Assembly: GCA_040756875.1 (NCBI GenBank)
Contig: JBFLYH010000002.1
Location: 767,078-831,077 of the forward strand
DNA: 64,000 nt
Source: a candidate division FCPU426 bacterium
GTDB lineage: Bacteria; Oederibacteriota; JAAXVQ01; JAUVAV01
Reading direction: 5' to 3'
Positions within the stretch are counted from its first letter, which is position 1, and every line of letters starts with the position of its first letter. Made by a program: the position numbers and the translations under genes. This document shows positions 17,965 to 27,709 of the stretch, piece after piece. The notes below the pieces were generated by a model, which saw only the letters and a list, made by a program, of their open reading frames with translations, was not told the origin of the DNA and searched no databases.

Positions 17965-20220
17965 ATGTCCCAGCCAGCATCCAACTCGATTCAACTATCC
18001 CCCAATGCCCTGAGGGTTCTGGAAAAACGCTATCTCCGGCGCGACCAGTCGGAAAAAGTGGTGGAAACGCCCGAAGCCATGTTCCGCCGGGTGGCGGACA
18101 ATATCGCGGCGGTTGACCGGCGGCATGATCCCGAGACCGACGTGCAACCCGTCTCAGAGGAATTTTTTCAGTTGATGACCTCGCTGGAATTCCTGCCCAA
18201 CTCGCCCACGCTGATGAATGCCGGCCGGGATCTGCAGCAACTGTCCGCCTGCTTTGTCCTGCCCATCGAAGACTCCATGGACTCCATTTTCGAAACCGTA
18301 AAAAACGCCGCCCTGATCCATAAAAGTGGCGGCGGCACGGGGTTCTCCTTTTCACGCCTGCGTCCGGTCAACGACCGGGTGCGCTCAACCAACGGATGCG
18401 CCAGCGGGCCGGTCTCCTTCATGAAGGTTTTCAACGCCGCCACCGAAGCGGTCAAGCAGGGCGGCACGCGCCGCGGGGCCAACATGGCCATCCTGCGCGT
18501 GGATCACCCGGATATCATGGAATACATACACTGCAAGCAGGACACCAGGGAACTCACCAACTTCAACATCAGCGTAGCGCTTACGGACCGTTTCATGCAG
18601 GCCGTGGAGGCGGATGCCGAATATGAGCTTATGAATCCGCGGACCCGGCAGGTCGCCGGCCAGCTCAAAGCCCGGGACGTTTTCACGCAGATCGTGCACA
18701 ATGCCTGGCAGACCGGCGAACCCGGCATCGTCTTTATCGACCGCATCAACGCAGCCAACCCCACGCCCGCATTGGGCGAGATCGAAAGCACCAACCCCTG
18801 CGGCGAACAGCCGCTCCTGCCGTACGAAGCCTGCAACCTTGGCTCCGTCAACCTGGCGTTGATGGTCATGGAAAAGGACGGCACGCAAGTGGTGGACTAC
18901 GGCCGCCTGCGGCGCGTGGTGCGCAGCGCCGTGCATTTTCTGGACAATGTCATCGACGCTTCGGTCTTTCCCCTGCCGCAAATCGACCAGCTGGTCAAAA
19001 CCAACCGCAAAATCGGCTTGGGCGTCATGGGCTTCGCGGACCTGCTGCTCAAACTCGGAATTCCCTACAATTCGGACCGCGCCCTCCAGTTGGCCGAAGG
19101 GCTGATGAAATTCATCGACGACGAAAGCAAGCAGATGTCGCACGAACTGGCCGTGCGCCGCGGCGCTTTCCCGGCCTTTGATCAAAGCGTTTATGCCCGA
19201 CAGGGCGCTCCCATTCTGCGCAACGCCACCACCACCACGATTGCGCCCACGGGGACCATCAGCATCCTGGCCGGGGTCAGCTCGGGCATCGAACCCCTGT
19301 TTGCCATCTCCTACGTGCGCAATGTCATGGACCGCGACCAGCTGCCCGAGGTGAATCCGGTCTTCGAACAGACCGCCCACCTCCACGGTTTCTGGTCCCT
19401 CGACCTCATGCGGGACATCGCCAAGCATGGCACCATCCAGGAGATGGATAGCATCCCCGAGGAAATACGGCGCGTGTTTGTCACGGCCCACGACATTACG
19501 CCCCTGTGGCATGTGCACATGCAGGCCGCGTTCCAGCGCCATACGGACAACGCCGTATCCAAAACCGTGAATTTCCCGCGCACGGCCACGGAAGGGGACG
19601 TGGAGGAAGTTTTCCGGGAGGCTTTCAATACGCAATGCAAAGGCGTCACCATCTACCGTGACGGCAGCCGCGAGGGGCAGGTCCTCTCCGTCGGCGCTTC
19701 CGCGCCGGCGGCCGCGCCCGCCGAAACGCCCGCCCATATGCTGGAACCCCGCAAGCGGCCGGAAGTGACTTTCGGACGCACGGAAAAACTCAAGACCGGT
19801 TGCGGCAACCTGTACATTACCCTCAACCACGATGACACCGGCCTGTTCGAAATCTTCACGCAAATGGGAAAATCCGGCGGCTGTGCCGCGGCCCAGTCCG
19901 AAGCCATCGCCCGCCTCGTTTCCCTGGCCCTCCGCGCCAATGTCAATCCGGAATCCATTGTGAAAAACATTAGGGGCATCCGCTGCTCGCACCCGGCCTG
20001 GGTCAACGGCGGCATGGTTCTGTCCTGCCCGGACGCCATCGGTTTGGCCATGGAAAGCTATCTGAAATGGCGCCAGGGCGACGTCGCGGATACCAAGCTG
20101 GCCAGCGGCCTCTCGGCCCTGGATCAGCTTACCGGCGCCTGTCCGGAATGCGGCGGCACCATTGAACATGAAAGCGGCTGTCTGGTCTGCAAAGCCTGCG
20201 GGTTCTCCCGCTGCGGTTGA
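17965..20220 (+). CDS. nrdJ: Class II (B12-dependent) ribonucleotide reductase with fused TSCPD/zinc-ribbon C-terminus
   Basis: PNSPTLMNAG, SACFV, TNPCGEQ, EACNLGS, IAPTGTIS, YRDGSR, LSCPDAIG, CPECG..C..CG; RBS GGAGG. Confidence 0.95.
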   Translation: MSQPASNSIQLSPNALRVLEKRYLRRDQSEKVVETPEAMFRRVADNIAAVDRRHDPETDVQPVSEEFFQLMTSLEFLPNSPTLMNAGRDLQQLSACFVLPIEDSMDSIFETVKNAALIHKSGGGTGFSFSRLRPVNDRVRSTNGCASGPVSFMKVFNAATEAVKQGGTRRGANMAILRVDHPDIMEYIHCKQDTRELTNFNISVALTDRFMQAVEADAEYELMNPRTRQVAGQLKARDVFTQIVHNAWQTGEPGIVFIDRINAANPTPALGEIESTNPCGEQPLLPYEACNLGSVNLALMVMEKDGTQVVDYGRLRRVVRSAVHFLDNVIDASVFPLPQIDQLVKTNRKIGLGVMGFADLLLKLGIPYNSDRALQLAEGLMKFIDDESKQMSHELAVRRGAFPAFDQSVYARQGAPILRNATTTTIAPTGTISILAGVSSGIEPLFAISYVRNVMDRDQLPEVNPVFEQTAHLHGFWSLDLMRDIAKHGTIQEMDSIPEEIRRVFVTAHDITPLWHVHMQAAFQRHTDNAVSKTVNFPRTATEGDVEEVFREAFNTQCKGVTIYRDGSREGQVLSVGASAPAAAPAETPAHMLEPRKRPEVTFGRTEKLKTGCGNLYITLNHDDTGLFEIFTQMGKSGGCAAAQSEAIARLVSLALRANVNPESIVKNIRGIRCSHPAWVNGGMVLSCPDAIGLAMESYLKWRQGDVADTKLASGLSALDQLTGACPECGGTIEHESGCLVCKACGFSRCG

Positions 20221-20263
20221 ATAGCCGCCGGCAGTCGCCGGCTCGAAAAGGTGAGGAGGCACG

Positions 20264-21328
20264 ATGACACGCTCCCGCGTTCCGCGTTCCACCCGCCCCG
20301 CTCCGGCGGTGCTTCTGCCGGAGGAACGGGATTTCGCCCGCTGGCTCGCCAAAGACGCCTCGGTGGTGGATTATTTTGCCGGCGCCATGGCCGGCGTTCC
20401 GCGCGAATTATGGAGCACGCTGGAATCCTTGCGCAAGCGCAAGGGCCGCTCCCTGTACGTGGAACTCTTGTACGCCCTCACCCATAAATACTTCCGCGCC
20501 TCCGATGCGCGCCGTCTGTGGACCGCCCTGGTGCGCCACCGGGAGGAAATGAACCGTTCGCTCAAGCGCGTGGTGGGGCTCAAAGTCGCGGCCTTGGATT
20601 ATTTCGACGGCCAACCCGAGCATCTGCGGGATTTGCAGCTCCTGCCGGCCGAAGACCTGGACAATCTGATGATTTCCGCCCATCAGGACGGGTTGACCGG
20701 GCTTTCCAACCACCGCTACTTCCAGGAACGCTTGCGCGAGGAAATCATCCGCAGCCACCGTTACCACCACACCTTCGGCTTGCTGTTCCTGGACCTGGAC
20801 CGTTTCAAGCAGTACAACGACACCCACGGCCATCCCCAGGGAGACCGCTTGCTCCAGGAAGTCGCGCGGCGTCTTAAAAGCGCCTGCCGCCAATCCGACG
20901 TGGTCGCCCGCTACGGCGGAGACGAGTTTGCCGTGATTTTGCCGGAAACCGCCACGCGCCCCTGCCTTAAAGTGGCTCTGCGCCTGCTCGAGACCCTGGC
21001 CCACCCGGTGCCTGTGAAACTCCCCGCGGCGACTAAAGGAAGCCGCGGGGCTTCCAAATGTCACCCCCGAACCCCTCATCCCTCCCTCTGCATTCCTTCG
21101 GGACACGACGGGTCTGTGGTGAAGGGGGTCAAATCCGAGGCGCATGACATTCCCGTGGTCTCGGTTTCCATAGGGCTGAGCCTTTATCCCGGCGACGGGC
21201 TGGTCGCCGAACGACTGATCTCCTCGGCTGACCGGGCCTTGTACCGCGCCAAACACAGCGGCCGCAACTGCCTCAGCCACGGCGCACGCATTTTGCGCCG
21301 GCCTTTGTCCCGCAACACCAGGGCTTAA
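20264..21328 (+). CDS. Diguanylate cyclase (GGDEF) carrying an internal insertion
   Basis: DGLTGL, DLDRFKQYND..GH..GD, RQSD I-site, RYGGDEF, ADRALY.AK..GRN. Confidence 0.9.
   Translation: MTRSRVPRSTRPAPAVLLPEERDFARWLAKDASVVDYFAGAMAGVPRELWSTLESLRKRKGRSLYVELLYALTHKYFRASDARRLWTALVRHREEMNRSLKRVVGLKVAALDYFDGQPEHLRDLQLLPAEDLDNLMISAHQDGLTGLSNHRYFQERLREEIIRSHRYHHTFGLLFLDLDRFKQYNDTHGHPQGDRLLQEVARRLKSACRQSDVVARYGGDEFAVILPETATRPCLKVALRLLETLAHPVPVKLPAATKGSRGASKCHPRTPHPSLCIPSGHDGSVVKGVKSEAHDIPVVSVSIGLSLYPGDGLVAERLISSADRALYRAKHSGRNCLSHGARILRRPLSRNTRA
21016..21150. repeat. REP/RPE-like palindromic element inserted in-frame in the GGDEF gene
   Basis: CCCCGCGGC/GCCGCGGGG hairpin, then a segment bounded by ATGTCA...TGACAT; coincides with about 45 extra residues in the domain. 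Confidence 0.55.
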
Positions 21329-21442
21329 CCCCCCGCCAAATCCGCCGAAGATATTCATAGCGCTCAAGGGCCCTTCCTGCCAAGGACGGCGCATTTTGGC
21401 CCTGCGCCGCAAATCACTCTGCCACACCTCCAGGAGGCCGCT

Positions 21443-21832
21443 ATGAAACCCCAGCGCCGCAAACATGCACGGCGATCGGTTCGCGTACCCGTTCTCTGCC
21501 GGATTCGAAACCGTAAAAACGAGATCGTCATTTCCGCGGTGGGAAAAACCAACAACATCAGCTTGGGCGGCATGAACGTCTCCCTCCCTGTCCACCTGCT
21601 GAAACTGAATTCCCGGTTGGTGGAATACACCGCCGAATTGCCGGAACCTTTCGCGCCCCTGGCCGGCAAGGGCGTGATCCGCTGGGGATACTGGGATGAA
21701 AAGAACTGGCAAACGACTTTCGGTTTGGAATTATGCTGGCTGGAAGACGATCAAATTGCGGAACTGGAAGATTTTCTCCGTCACCTCAACGAGCAATCCG
21801 AGACGCCCTTTTTCAGCACCATGAACAACTGA
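21443..21832 (+). CDS. PilZ-domain c-di-GMP receptor
   Basis: RRKHAR (RxxxR) and NISLGG (NxSxxG) motifs; RBS AGGAGG. Confidence 0.85.
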   Translation: MKPQRRKHARRSVRVPVLCRIRNRKNEIVISAVGKTNNISLGGMNVSLPVHLLKLNSRLVEYTAELPEPFAPLAGKGVIRWGYWDEKNWQTTFGLELCWLEDDQIAELEDFLRHLNEQSETPFFSTMNN

Positions 21833-21953
21833 CACCTCTTGTTCCGGCTTGTTTTCCTCCAAGGGCGACCGCTTTATGCATCCGGCAGGGAATGCTGGTT
21901 TCGACCGCGCTTTTTTGTTATAGTGGGCGAAAGCTGACAAGGAGCGGAACGCC

Positions 21954-22427
21954 GTGTCCAACCTGAAAGAACTGCTTGAGTTTGCCCAGCGAATTGAGGA
22001 AAACGGCCTGCGTTTCTACGAGGAAGCCATGCGCTCCGCACCTTCGACTGAGGTCCGGCTGCTCTTCGAATACCTGGCCGAAGAAGAAGCGGCGCATCAA
22101 AAAACCTTTGTCCGGCTGCAGGCGGATGCTGACCTCCTGTCCCATGCCTACCCCGAGAACCTCGATAATTTCGCCTTCTTGCGGGCCTTTGTCCACCACG
22201 TGATTTTTTCCCCGGAGTTGAAGGTCCAAGCCTCTGCACTGCGAAATACGGCGGAGGTGATCCGCTTTGCGATGCGCCGGGAAACCGAATCGCTTCTATA
22301 CTACGAGGAAATCAAACAGCTTTTTTCAACTCCGGCTCACGACGTGCTCGACCGCATCATCAGCGAAGAAACCCAGCATTATCTCAAGCTCTCCCGGCTT
22401 TTGGAAAAACTGGAGGCCACCGGTTAA
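21954..22427 (+). CDS. Rubrerythrin/ferritin-like diiron protein
   Basis: IEENG..FY, EEAAH, RE..S..YY, EETQH motifs. Confidence 0.85.
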   Translation: MSNLKELLEFAQRIEENGLRFYEEAMRSAPSTEVRLLFEYLAEEEAAHQKTFVRLQADADLLSHAYPENLDNFAFLRAFVHHVIFSPELKVQASALRNTAEVIRFAMRRETESLLYYEEIKQLFSTPAHDVLDRIISEETQHYLKLSRLLEKLEATG

Positions 22428-22624
22428 TCAGCGTTCGGATTGAGGCCCGTCCGGTTTGGCGCCGGTTTCTTATCCTTGTGGGCGCTATAAAACGCCTGAA
22501 TAGCTTCCAAATTTTCCAGAATGAGTTTGGCTTTCGCCAGCCCAAACGTAAATCCATACTGGTCGTCTTCACTGCGTTTTAAGGTTATCACCGCATTGCC
22601 TTTAAATTCACCGATCGTATGCAT
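22424..22624 (-). CDS. Small hypothetical protein
   Basis: RBS AAGGAG; 66 aa EFKGNAVITL...FTFGLAKAKLILEN looks protein-like. Confidence 0.75.
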   Translation of the reverse strand: MHTIGEFKGNAVITLKRSEDDQYGFTFGLAKAKLILENLEAIQAFYSAHKDKKPAPNRTGLNPNAD

Positions 22625-22715
22625 GCCTGATCTCCTTCCCAGAGAACCGTTTTGGCCGGGTGTTTATAGAATAGACCGTTCCCGCGGGAAAATATTTCGT
22701 CCCTTTTGTGTTTTT

Positions 22716-23672
22716 TTATTTGTGGATCCCTCCCGCTGACTGCACTTTCCAGACCGCGATGGGATCCCAGCCGGCCGGTGAAGTGGCCGGCGGGCCGCTC
22801 CAGGCTCCGGCCAGCCCTAATTCCCGCGCCGCCAGCTCGAAATGACATAGGGCGATCCCCATGTCCAAGCGCTGAATATCCTCGGCTTGCAGGAAAACAC
22901 GGGCTGCCTGGCTGTACCACTGATTGCGTTTCAAGTAAAACTGAAACCGTGTCCGGTCGGCGCTCGCCAGCACCCGCCACGGCTGGCGGTTGGAAGCCGA
23001 AGGCCCAAGCCGTACTGCTTCCAAGACCGGGGCAAAAACACCGGCTGCCTCCGGAGTCATGGGTTGCAGGGATTCCTCCAAAAAAAACAGTTCCTCCCAC
23101 TTTTTCCGGGCATGTGCTTGGGCTCCCCAGCGCAAGGCTTGATCCTGCAGTGTGGGTCGCTCGGCCGGCAGTCCAACGGGAGTCATGGCCGGAATATACT
23201 CGCCGGAAGCAGTCTGCAAATGGAGGGCAATTTCCGTGCGATGCAGTGCCCCGCCCAGCCAGCAGGTCGCCAATCCTAAATCCGTCGCCCGGAGAACGAT
23301 CCACTCTAGAGCATATCCGAAATTCTCCAATGCGCCAGGACCTGGGCGGACTGCTCCCGCAATATACTGCTTCGCCCCCTGAATTGTGCCATAAGTCCCG
23401 ATTTTACGGGGCTGGGTCAGGATATTGCCTACGTCAAGCAAAGCAAACCGGACAGGCACAGGAAACGGGCCCTTCGCCGGCTGGCCGAGCGCCTGTTCCA
23501 CGGCGGTTCTAAGCGGTTTTTCCAATGGCACCGGCTGGTAGGTTCTGCATGAACGGCGTCTGGAAATTAAATCCAAAACCGATTGGCTGAATCCGTCCAC
23601 CAAGGTTCTCCTCGTTCTGCCGATACTTGCCTTGGGCATTGCATTTTCAACTGGCTGTGCGAAAATGTCCAC
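22716..23672 (-). CDS. Nitroreductase-family protein (double domain)
   Basis: RRRSCRTY, LGLATCWLGG, PSASNRQPW, DMGIALCHFEL; start uncertain. Confidence 0.88.
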   Translation of the reverse strand: MDIFAQPVENAMPKASIGRTRRTLVDGFSQSVLDLISRRRSCRTYQPVPLEKPLRTAVEQALGQPAKGPFPVPVRFALLDVGNILTQPRKIGTYGTIQGAKQYIAGAVRPGPGALENFGYALEWIVLRATDLGLATCWLGGALHRTEIALHLQTASGEYIPAMTPVGLPAERPTLQDQALRWGAQAHARKKWEELFFLEESLQPMTPEAAGVFAPVLEAVRLGPSASNRQPWRVLASADRTRFQFYLKRNQWYSQAARVFLQAEDIQRLDMGIALCHFELAARELGLAGAWSGPPATSPAGWDPIAVWKVQSAGGIHK

Positions 23673-23697
23673 ATCTTATTGATCGGAGCGTTCTGGT

Positions 23698-24174
23698 ATG
23701 CGTGTCATCGCCTTGTGGCTTCTGCTCTTTGGGTTGTGGTCCGTTCCTGCGGGGGTTCGGGCCGATTCCCTGGCGCCAGAACTCCCTCCCTCCGAACCAC
23801 CTGTGGACGGCGTTTTTTGGGAAACCCTGAGCCAACCGGAGCAGACCGCCCAAAAAACCCGTGAAATGTTCACGGCTGGATTTGTGGCTGGGTATGATTA
23901 TGCGTTGGACTTGGTCATCGCCGCCTTGGCGGCGCCTGAATTGGATTACAACGCCAGACAGTTTTCGGAATTCACGGCCAATCAAAAATTCCCTTCACGT
24001 CTGCACACGCTGCAGCTCCAGGCCTTGCTGGACAATTTTTATTCCGTGGCAGCCAACCGCCATCTGCCCCTGTTCGTGGCTTTTACGTATGCGCGCCAAA
24101 TTTTGGCCGGGTATCCGGAGGCATACAGCAGGCAGTATTTGGAGGATATGCGGCGGAAATACCCAGGCCCTTAA
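23698..24174 (+). CDS. Hypothetical exported protein
   Basis: N-terminal signal peptide ending VRA-D. Confidence 0.65.
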   Translation: MRVIALWLLLFGLWSVPAGVRADSLAPELPPSEPPVDGVFWETLSQPEQTAQKTREMFTAGFVAGYDYALDLVIAALAAPELDYNARQFSEFTANQKFPSRLHTLQLQALLDNFYSVAANRHLPLFVAFTYARQILAGYPEAYSRQYLEDMRRKYPGP

Positions 24175-24182
24175 ATTTCTGT

Positions 24183-25283
24183 TCAGCTTCCCTGGCTAAT
24201 ATCTCGGCCTTTCCAGGTCATCCCTCTTTTCCGCCAAACCAGCGCGGACCAGGAAAAAATCCCCAGGAAAAAAACCAGAAAAATGGGAAAAAATGCCGAT
24301 GTGTGCCATTTGAAGGCGCCTGTCCGCCCCAGGTGCCAGGCTACCTGCCCGGCGAAGAGCGCATAGACTGTTCCCCACAGGATGAAGTCTGGCCAAGTCC
24401 ATAATATCAAGGCCTGCGCGAAAAATGCGGTGCCTATGACCTGTCCGCTAATCCAGGCGATAATCAACAGCATTATAATCCCCGGAGTCTGGCCTGCTCC
24501 CATGGCGAATGATTTACCCCATCCTCGTATAAGGTCTGCAATTCCTCCTGGATAGAGCCTGACATTCACCGCCCCGAAGCCGCCACATAGACGCACAGAC
24601 ACGCCCTGTTCGGCCAAAGGGCGGGCCAGAGAGTAATTTTCCAGAATTTTATCCTTTACCGCCGCATGGCCGCCTATCCGGAAGTATGTCTCGCGACCGA
24701 GCGCCAGGCACGGACCAAATAATCCTGCTGGCTTGACCCGGTCTGCGAGCACTGTAAAAGCGTTCACGCCGGCGATTTGCAGGATGTTGAAATAGGCTGA
24801 AAACTGTTCCTGCCAAGTGACTGGGCGATGATAAGGTGACAGCGAGAGCGCGGCGTTCGGCTGTTTCAGAGTATCGATCATGCGTTGCAACCCGCCGGGC
24901 TCCAGAACCGTGTCCGCATCTAAAAAGACCAAAACTTCGCCTGTGGCCTGCTCCGCCCCTTGCTGGCAGGCCCAGGGTTTTCCCAGCCAGCCGGCAGGCA
25001 GCGGTTGAGAAGCCAGCACTGCCGCCCCTCCGCCTCGCGCGACTTCGGCCGTCCGGTCCTGCGAGTGATCGTCCACTACTATGATTTCTTCGGGCCGCGG
25101 GTCCTGTTGGACCAGGGACGGCAGAAGAATCCTCAGATTTTGCTCCTCATTGCGCGCCGGGATGATGACGCTGACCCGCGGCTGCCAGGTCCGCCCGGGA
25201 TTAATGCGACAGCGGGGCACGTGCCAGAGCAAGACGACCCCCGCAAGCCACGCCAGACCCGCCAGGATCAATATCCATAGCAT
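24183..25283 (-). CDS. crtQ: GT2 glycosyltransferase, CrtQ-like (diapocarotenoid acid glycosyltransferase)
   Basis: SVIIPARNEE, VDDHS.D.T, GWLGKPWAC, FLDAD, C-terminal TMs and WKGR; adjacent to crtP/crtNb. Confidence 0.7.
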   Translation of the reverse strand: MLWILILAGLAWLAGVVLLWHVPRCRINPGRTWQPRVSVIIPARNEEQNLRILLPSLVQQDPRPEEIIVVDDHSQDRTAEVARGGGAAVLASQPLPAGWLGKPWACQQGAEQATGEVLVFLDADTVLEPGGLQRMIDTLKQPNAALSLSPYHRPVTWQEQFSAYFNILQIAGVNAFTVLADRVKPAGLFGPCLALGRETYFRIGGHAAVKDKILENYSLARPLAEQGVSVRLCGGFGAVNVRLYPGGIADLIRGWGKSFAMGAGQTPGIIMLLIIAWISGQVIGTAFFAQALILWTWPDFILWGTVYALFAGQVAWHLGRTGAFKWHTSAFFPIFLVFFLGIFSWSALVWRKRGMTWKGRDISQGS

Positions 25284-25290
25284 GGCTGCG

Positions 25291-26796
25291 TCACGCCGGC
25301 CGCAGCCGTTCCAGGTCGGCCTGCACGGCTTTGGCTACGTTCTGTCCACAGAGAATCACCATGGGCATGCCGCCTCCCGGGTTGACCGAACCCCCGGTAA
25401 AATACAGATTGGCGTATTTAGGACTGCGTTTGGGCGCCTTCAGGGCGAAATTCTTCCAGCGGTCGGATACAACGCCATAAATGGAGCCCGCGTTGGAATA
25501 ATAATTTCTCTGGATATCGTATGGGGTCCACATGTCTTCCACCACAATGTGCTTCCGCAGGTCCTTGAGCCCCATGCGCTCCATTTTTTCCAGTACCCGG
25601 TCCCGCAAGGCTTGATAATCCGCGTCCGCGGTCGGATGTTCGGGGTTGAGATGAGGAATGTGAGGCAGGATCTTGATGTTATCGCAGCCGGCCGGGCACA
25701 CGGCCGGGTCCGTTCGGGACGGGGCCACTACGTAGAGCGTGGGGTCCGGTGGGATCTCCTTGTTTACGAATACTGTGTGGAAATGATGCTTTTGGTCCCT
25801 GGAATAGAAAAAGTTATGGTGCCCCAGTTGGGGATAGGGCCGGTCTGTGCCCAAGTGCAGGACCAGGCCGGAGCACGCGGGTTCGAACTTGTCCAGCTTC
25901 TTCAAGAACGCATGCGGTTCTTTGAGCAGGTCGCGGTAGGCGGGGATGACCTCCATGTTAGAGACCACGATATCCGCCTGACGGATCGTGTTGTCCGCCA
26001 GCACCACGCCCAGCACCTTTTTTCCCGACTGCTGCAAAGTCTTGACTTCGGAGCGCACATGGAGCTCCACTCCCAAATCCTTGGCCAGGCGTTCCAGACC
26101 CCGCGCCAGGTTGTACATGCCGCCGCGCACGTACCATAGATCGTAGCGAAATTGGATGATGGGCATGAGGTTCATGAATCCCGGGCTATGGTACGCTGAA
26201 GAGCCTACATACTTAATGAAATAATCGAAGATGTCTATGAAATAACGGTTCTTGATCCGCTTGGCTACACCGCCATGCATGCTGTGCCAGTAATCCATGC
26301 GCAGCAACTCCGCAAGACTGTAACCCGCATTAAAATCGCTGACTGTATCCAGACCTTTCTCGAAATAGCCGTTAGCGATCAGATCGTATTGCTTCGCTGC
26401 GTAGGACAGGAAGTCGAAGACCTGCTTGACCAGGCGCTCGCCGCCGACTTTGCGGACTTCGGCCTTCATCTTTTCCGGGTCCATATACAGATCAATAACT
26501 TTCCCGTCCTCGAAAAAATTCCGCCAGTGCGGGGTCACGGCCTGCAGCTGGACATAGTCCTCCATCTTTTTTCCGGCGTTGTCCCACAGGCGCCGGAAAT
26601 AATGCGGCAAAGTGAAAATGGACGGCCCCATGTCGAATGAATATCCCTGACGTTGAAGCAGATTGAGCTTGCCCCCGACCTTTTCGTTCTTTTCGTGGAT
26701 CTCCACCCGGTGCCCCAGGGTGGCCAGGGAAATGGCCGCCGACAAGCCTCCTAGCCCGGCGCCGATGACGATGATACTCTGTTTGGGAACGTTCAT
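25291..26796 (-). CDS. crtP: Diapolycopene/diaponeurosporene oxygenase (CrtNb/CrtP, phytoene desaturase family)
   Basis: IGAGLGGLSAAISLA, GGKLN, PHWRNFFEDG, SNMEVIPAY, GGSVNPGGGMPMV as in Methylomonas CrtNb. Confidence 0.85.
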   Translation of the reverse strand: MNVPKQSIIVIGAGLGGLSAAISLATLGHRVEIHEKNEKVGGKLNLLQRQGYSFDMGPSIFTLPHYFRRLWDNAGKKMEDYVQLQAVTPHWRNFFEDGKVIDLYMDPEKMKAEVRKVGGERLVKQVFDFLSYAAKQYDLIANGYFEKGLDTVSDFNAGYSLAELLRMDYWHSMHGGVAKRIKNRYFIDIFDYFIKYVGSSAYHSPGFMNLMPIIQFRYDLWYVRGGMYNLARGLERLAKDLGVELHVRSEVKTLQQSGKKVLGVVLADNTIRQADIVVSNMEVIPAYRDLLKEPHAFLKKLDKFEPACSGLVLHLGTDRPYPQLGHHNFFYSRDQKHHFHTVFVNKEIPPDPTLYVVAPSRTDPAVCPAGCDNIKILPHIPHLNPEHPTADADYQALRDRVLEKMERMGLKDLRKHIVVEDMWTPYDIQRNYYSNAGSIYGVVSDRWKNFALKAPKRSPKYANLYFTGGSVNPGGGMPMVILCGQNVAKAVQADLERLRPA

Positions 26797-26798
26797 GG

Positions 26799-27626
26799 CT
26801 ATTCCTCCTGGGATGATTCTCCCTGCCGGCTGATGCGGTCCAGGCCTTCTTGCGCACGCTGGTCCTGCGGATTAGCCATCAAGGATTTCTGGTAATACCG
26901 GTAGGCCTGCTGCCATTCGCCTTGCTTGGCATATACGTCGCCGATAAAACTCAGGCAGGTGCTGTATCCCCACGCCGGGTCTAGGGGCGGATGTTTCTTG
27001 CCGGCCTCAGCCTCGAAAAGTTCCTCGGCTTTTAAAAAATGGGCCAAAGCCTGCTTGGCACCGCCGCCGAAGATCTCCGGGGACATCCACAAGCTCACGC
27101 CTGTCAGATAATGCACCCGAGGATTATCGGGGTTGAGATTAAGCGCCTGGTCGCGGTCCGACTGCACGCCCGGGCCGTGGCTGAACACGGCCCAGGTGTT
27201 GAGCTTGATCTTCATGCCCCGCAGCACCCCACGCAGGGCGAAACTCTCGGAGTATGCCGGGTTCCGTTCAATTGCCCGGGTCAGTACCCGGATGCCTTCG
27301 TCCACCGTGCTTTCACCCTGGTGCTGGTTACGGTCCTGCTCGCGGGCGTGCAGATAATAACTGGCCAAATAGAAAAGGGCCGCGCCCTGCCAGTAATCAG
27401 TCAAATAATTACCCGGTTCGGCTTCTTCGGCGCGCTTGAAAACTTCCACCGCCTCTTGAAACGCGCCTGCCTGCCAAAGGTTATAGGCCTGGTCCATTTT
27501 TTGGATGCCGTCTAAAAGCAGGGCCTGGGCAGTGGGAGTGTTGGCATGGGCAGGCAGGGAAAACCCAATCGGCAGGGAAGCGACCAAAAAAACTCGTCCC
27601 AGGCAGATTGCCCATTTTCCCGGCAT
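26799..27626 (-). CDS. Exported TPR-repeat protein
   Basis: Signal peptide (AHA-N), TPR-like helices (A..LNPDNPRVHY); RBS GAGG. Confidence 0.75.
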   Translation of the reverse strand: MPGKWAICLGRVFLVASLPIGFSLPAHANTPTAQALLLDGIQKMDQAYNLWQAGAFQEAVEVFKRAEEAEPGNYLTDYWQGAALFYLASYYLHAREQDRNQHQGESTVDEGIRVLTRAIERNPAYSESFALRGVLRGMKIKLNTWAVFSHGPGVQSDRDQALNLNPDNPRVHYLTGVSLWMSPEIFGGGAKQALAHFLKAEELFEAEAGKKHPPLDPAWGYSTCLSFIGDVYAKQGEWQQAYRYYQKSLMANPQDQRAQEGLDRISRQGESSQEE

Positions 27627-27709
27627 TCGCAGACCTCGCCTCTGGGGTTTGGACCGAGAGATAATCATAACATAATTCTATGTTTTGGCTATAATAAGGC
27701 ATTTGCGGG

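Noticed and set aside
18385-20352. 655-aa minus-strand ORF (also 9531-10784, 20408-21712, 25081-26139)
   Set aside because: Antisense shadows of well-supported high-GC genes (nrdJ, typA, DGC, crtP) with no recognisable motifs
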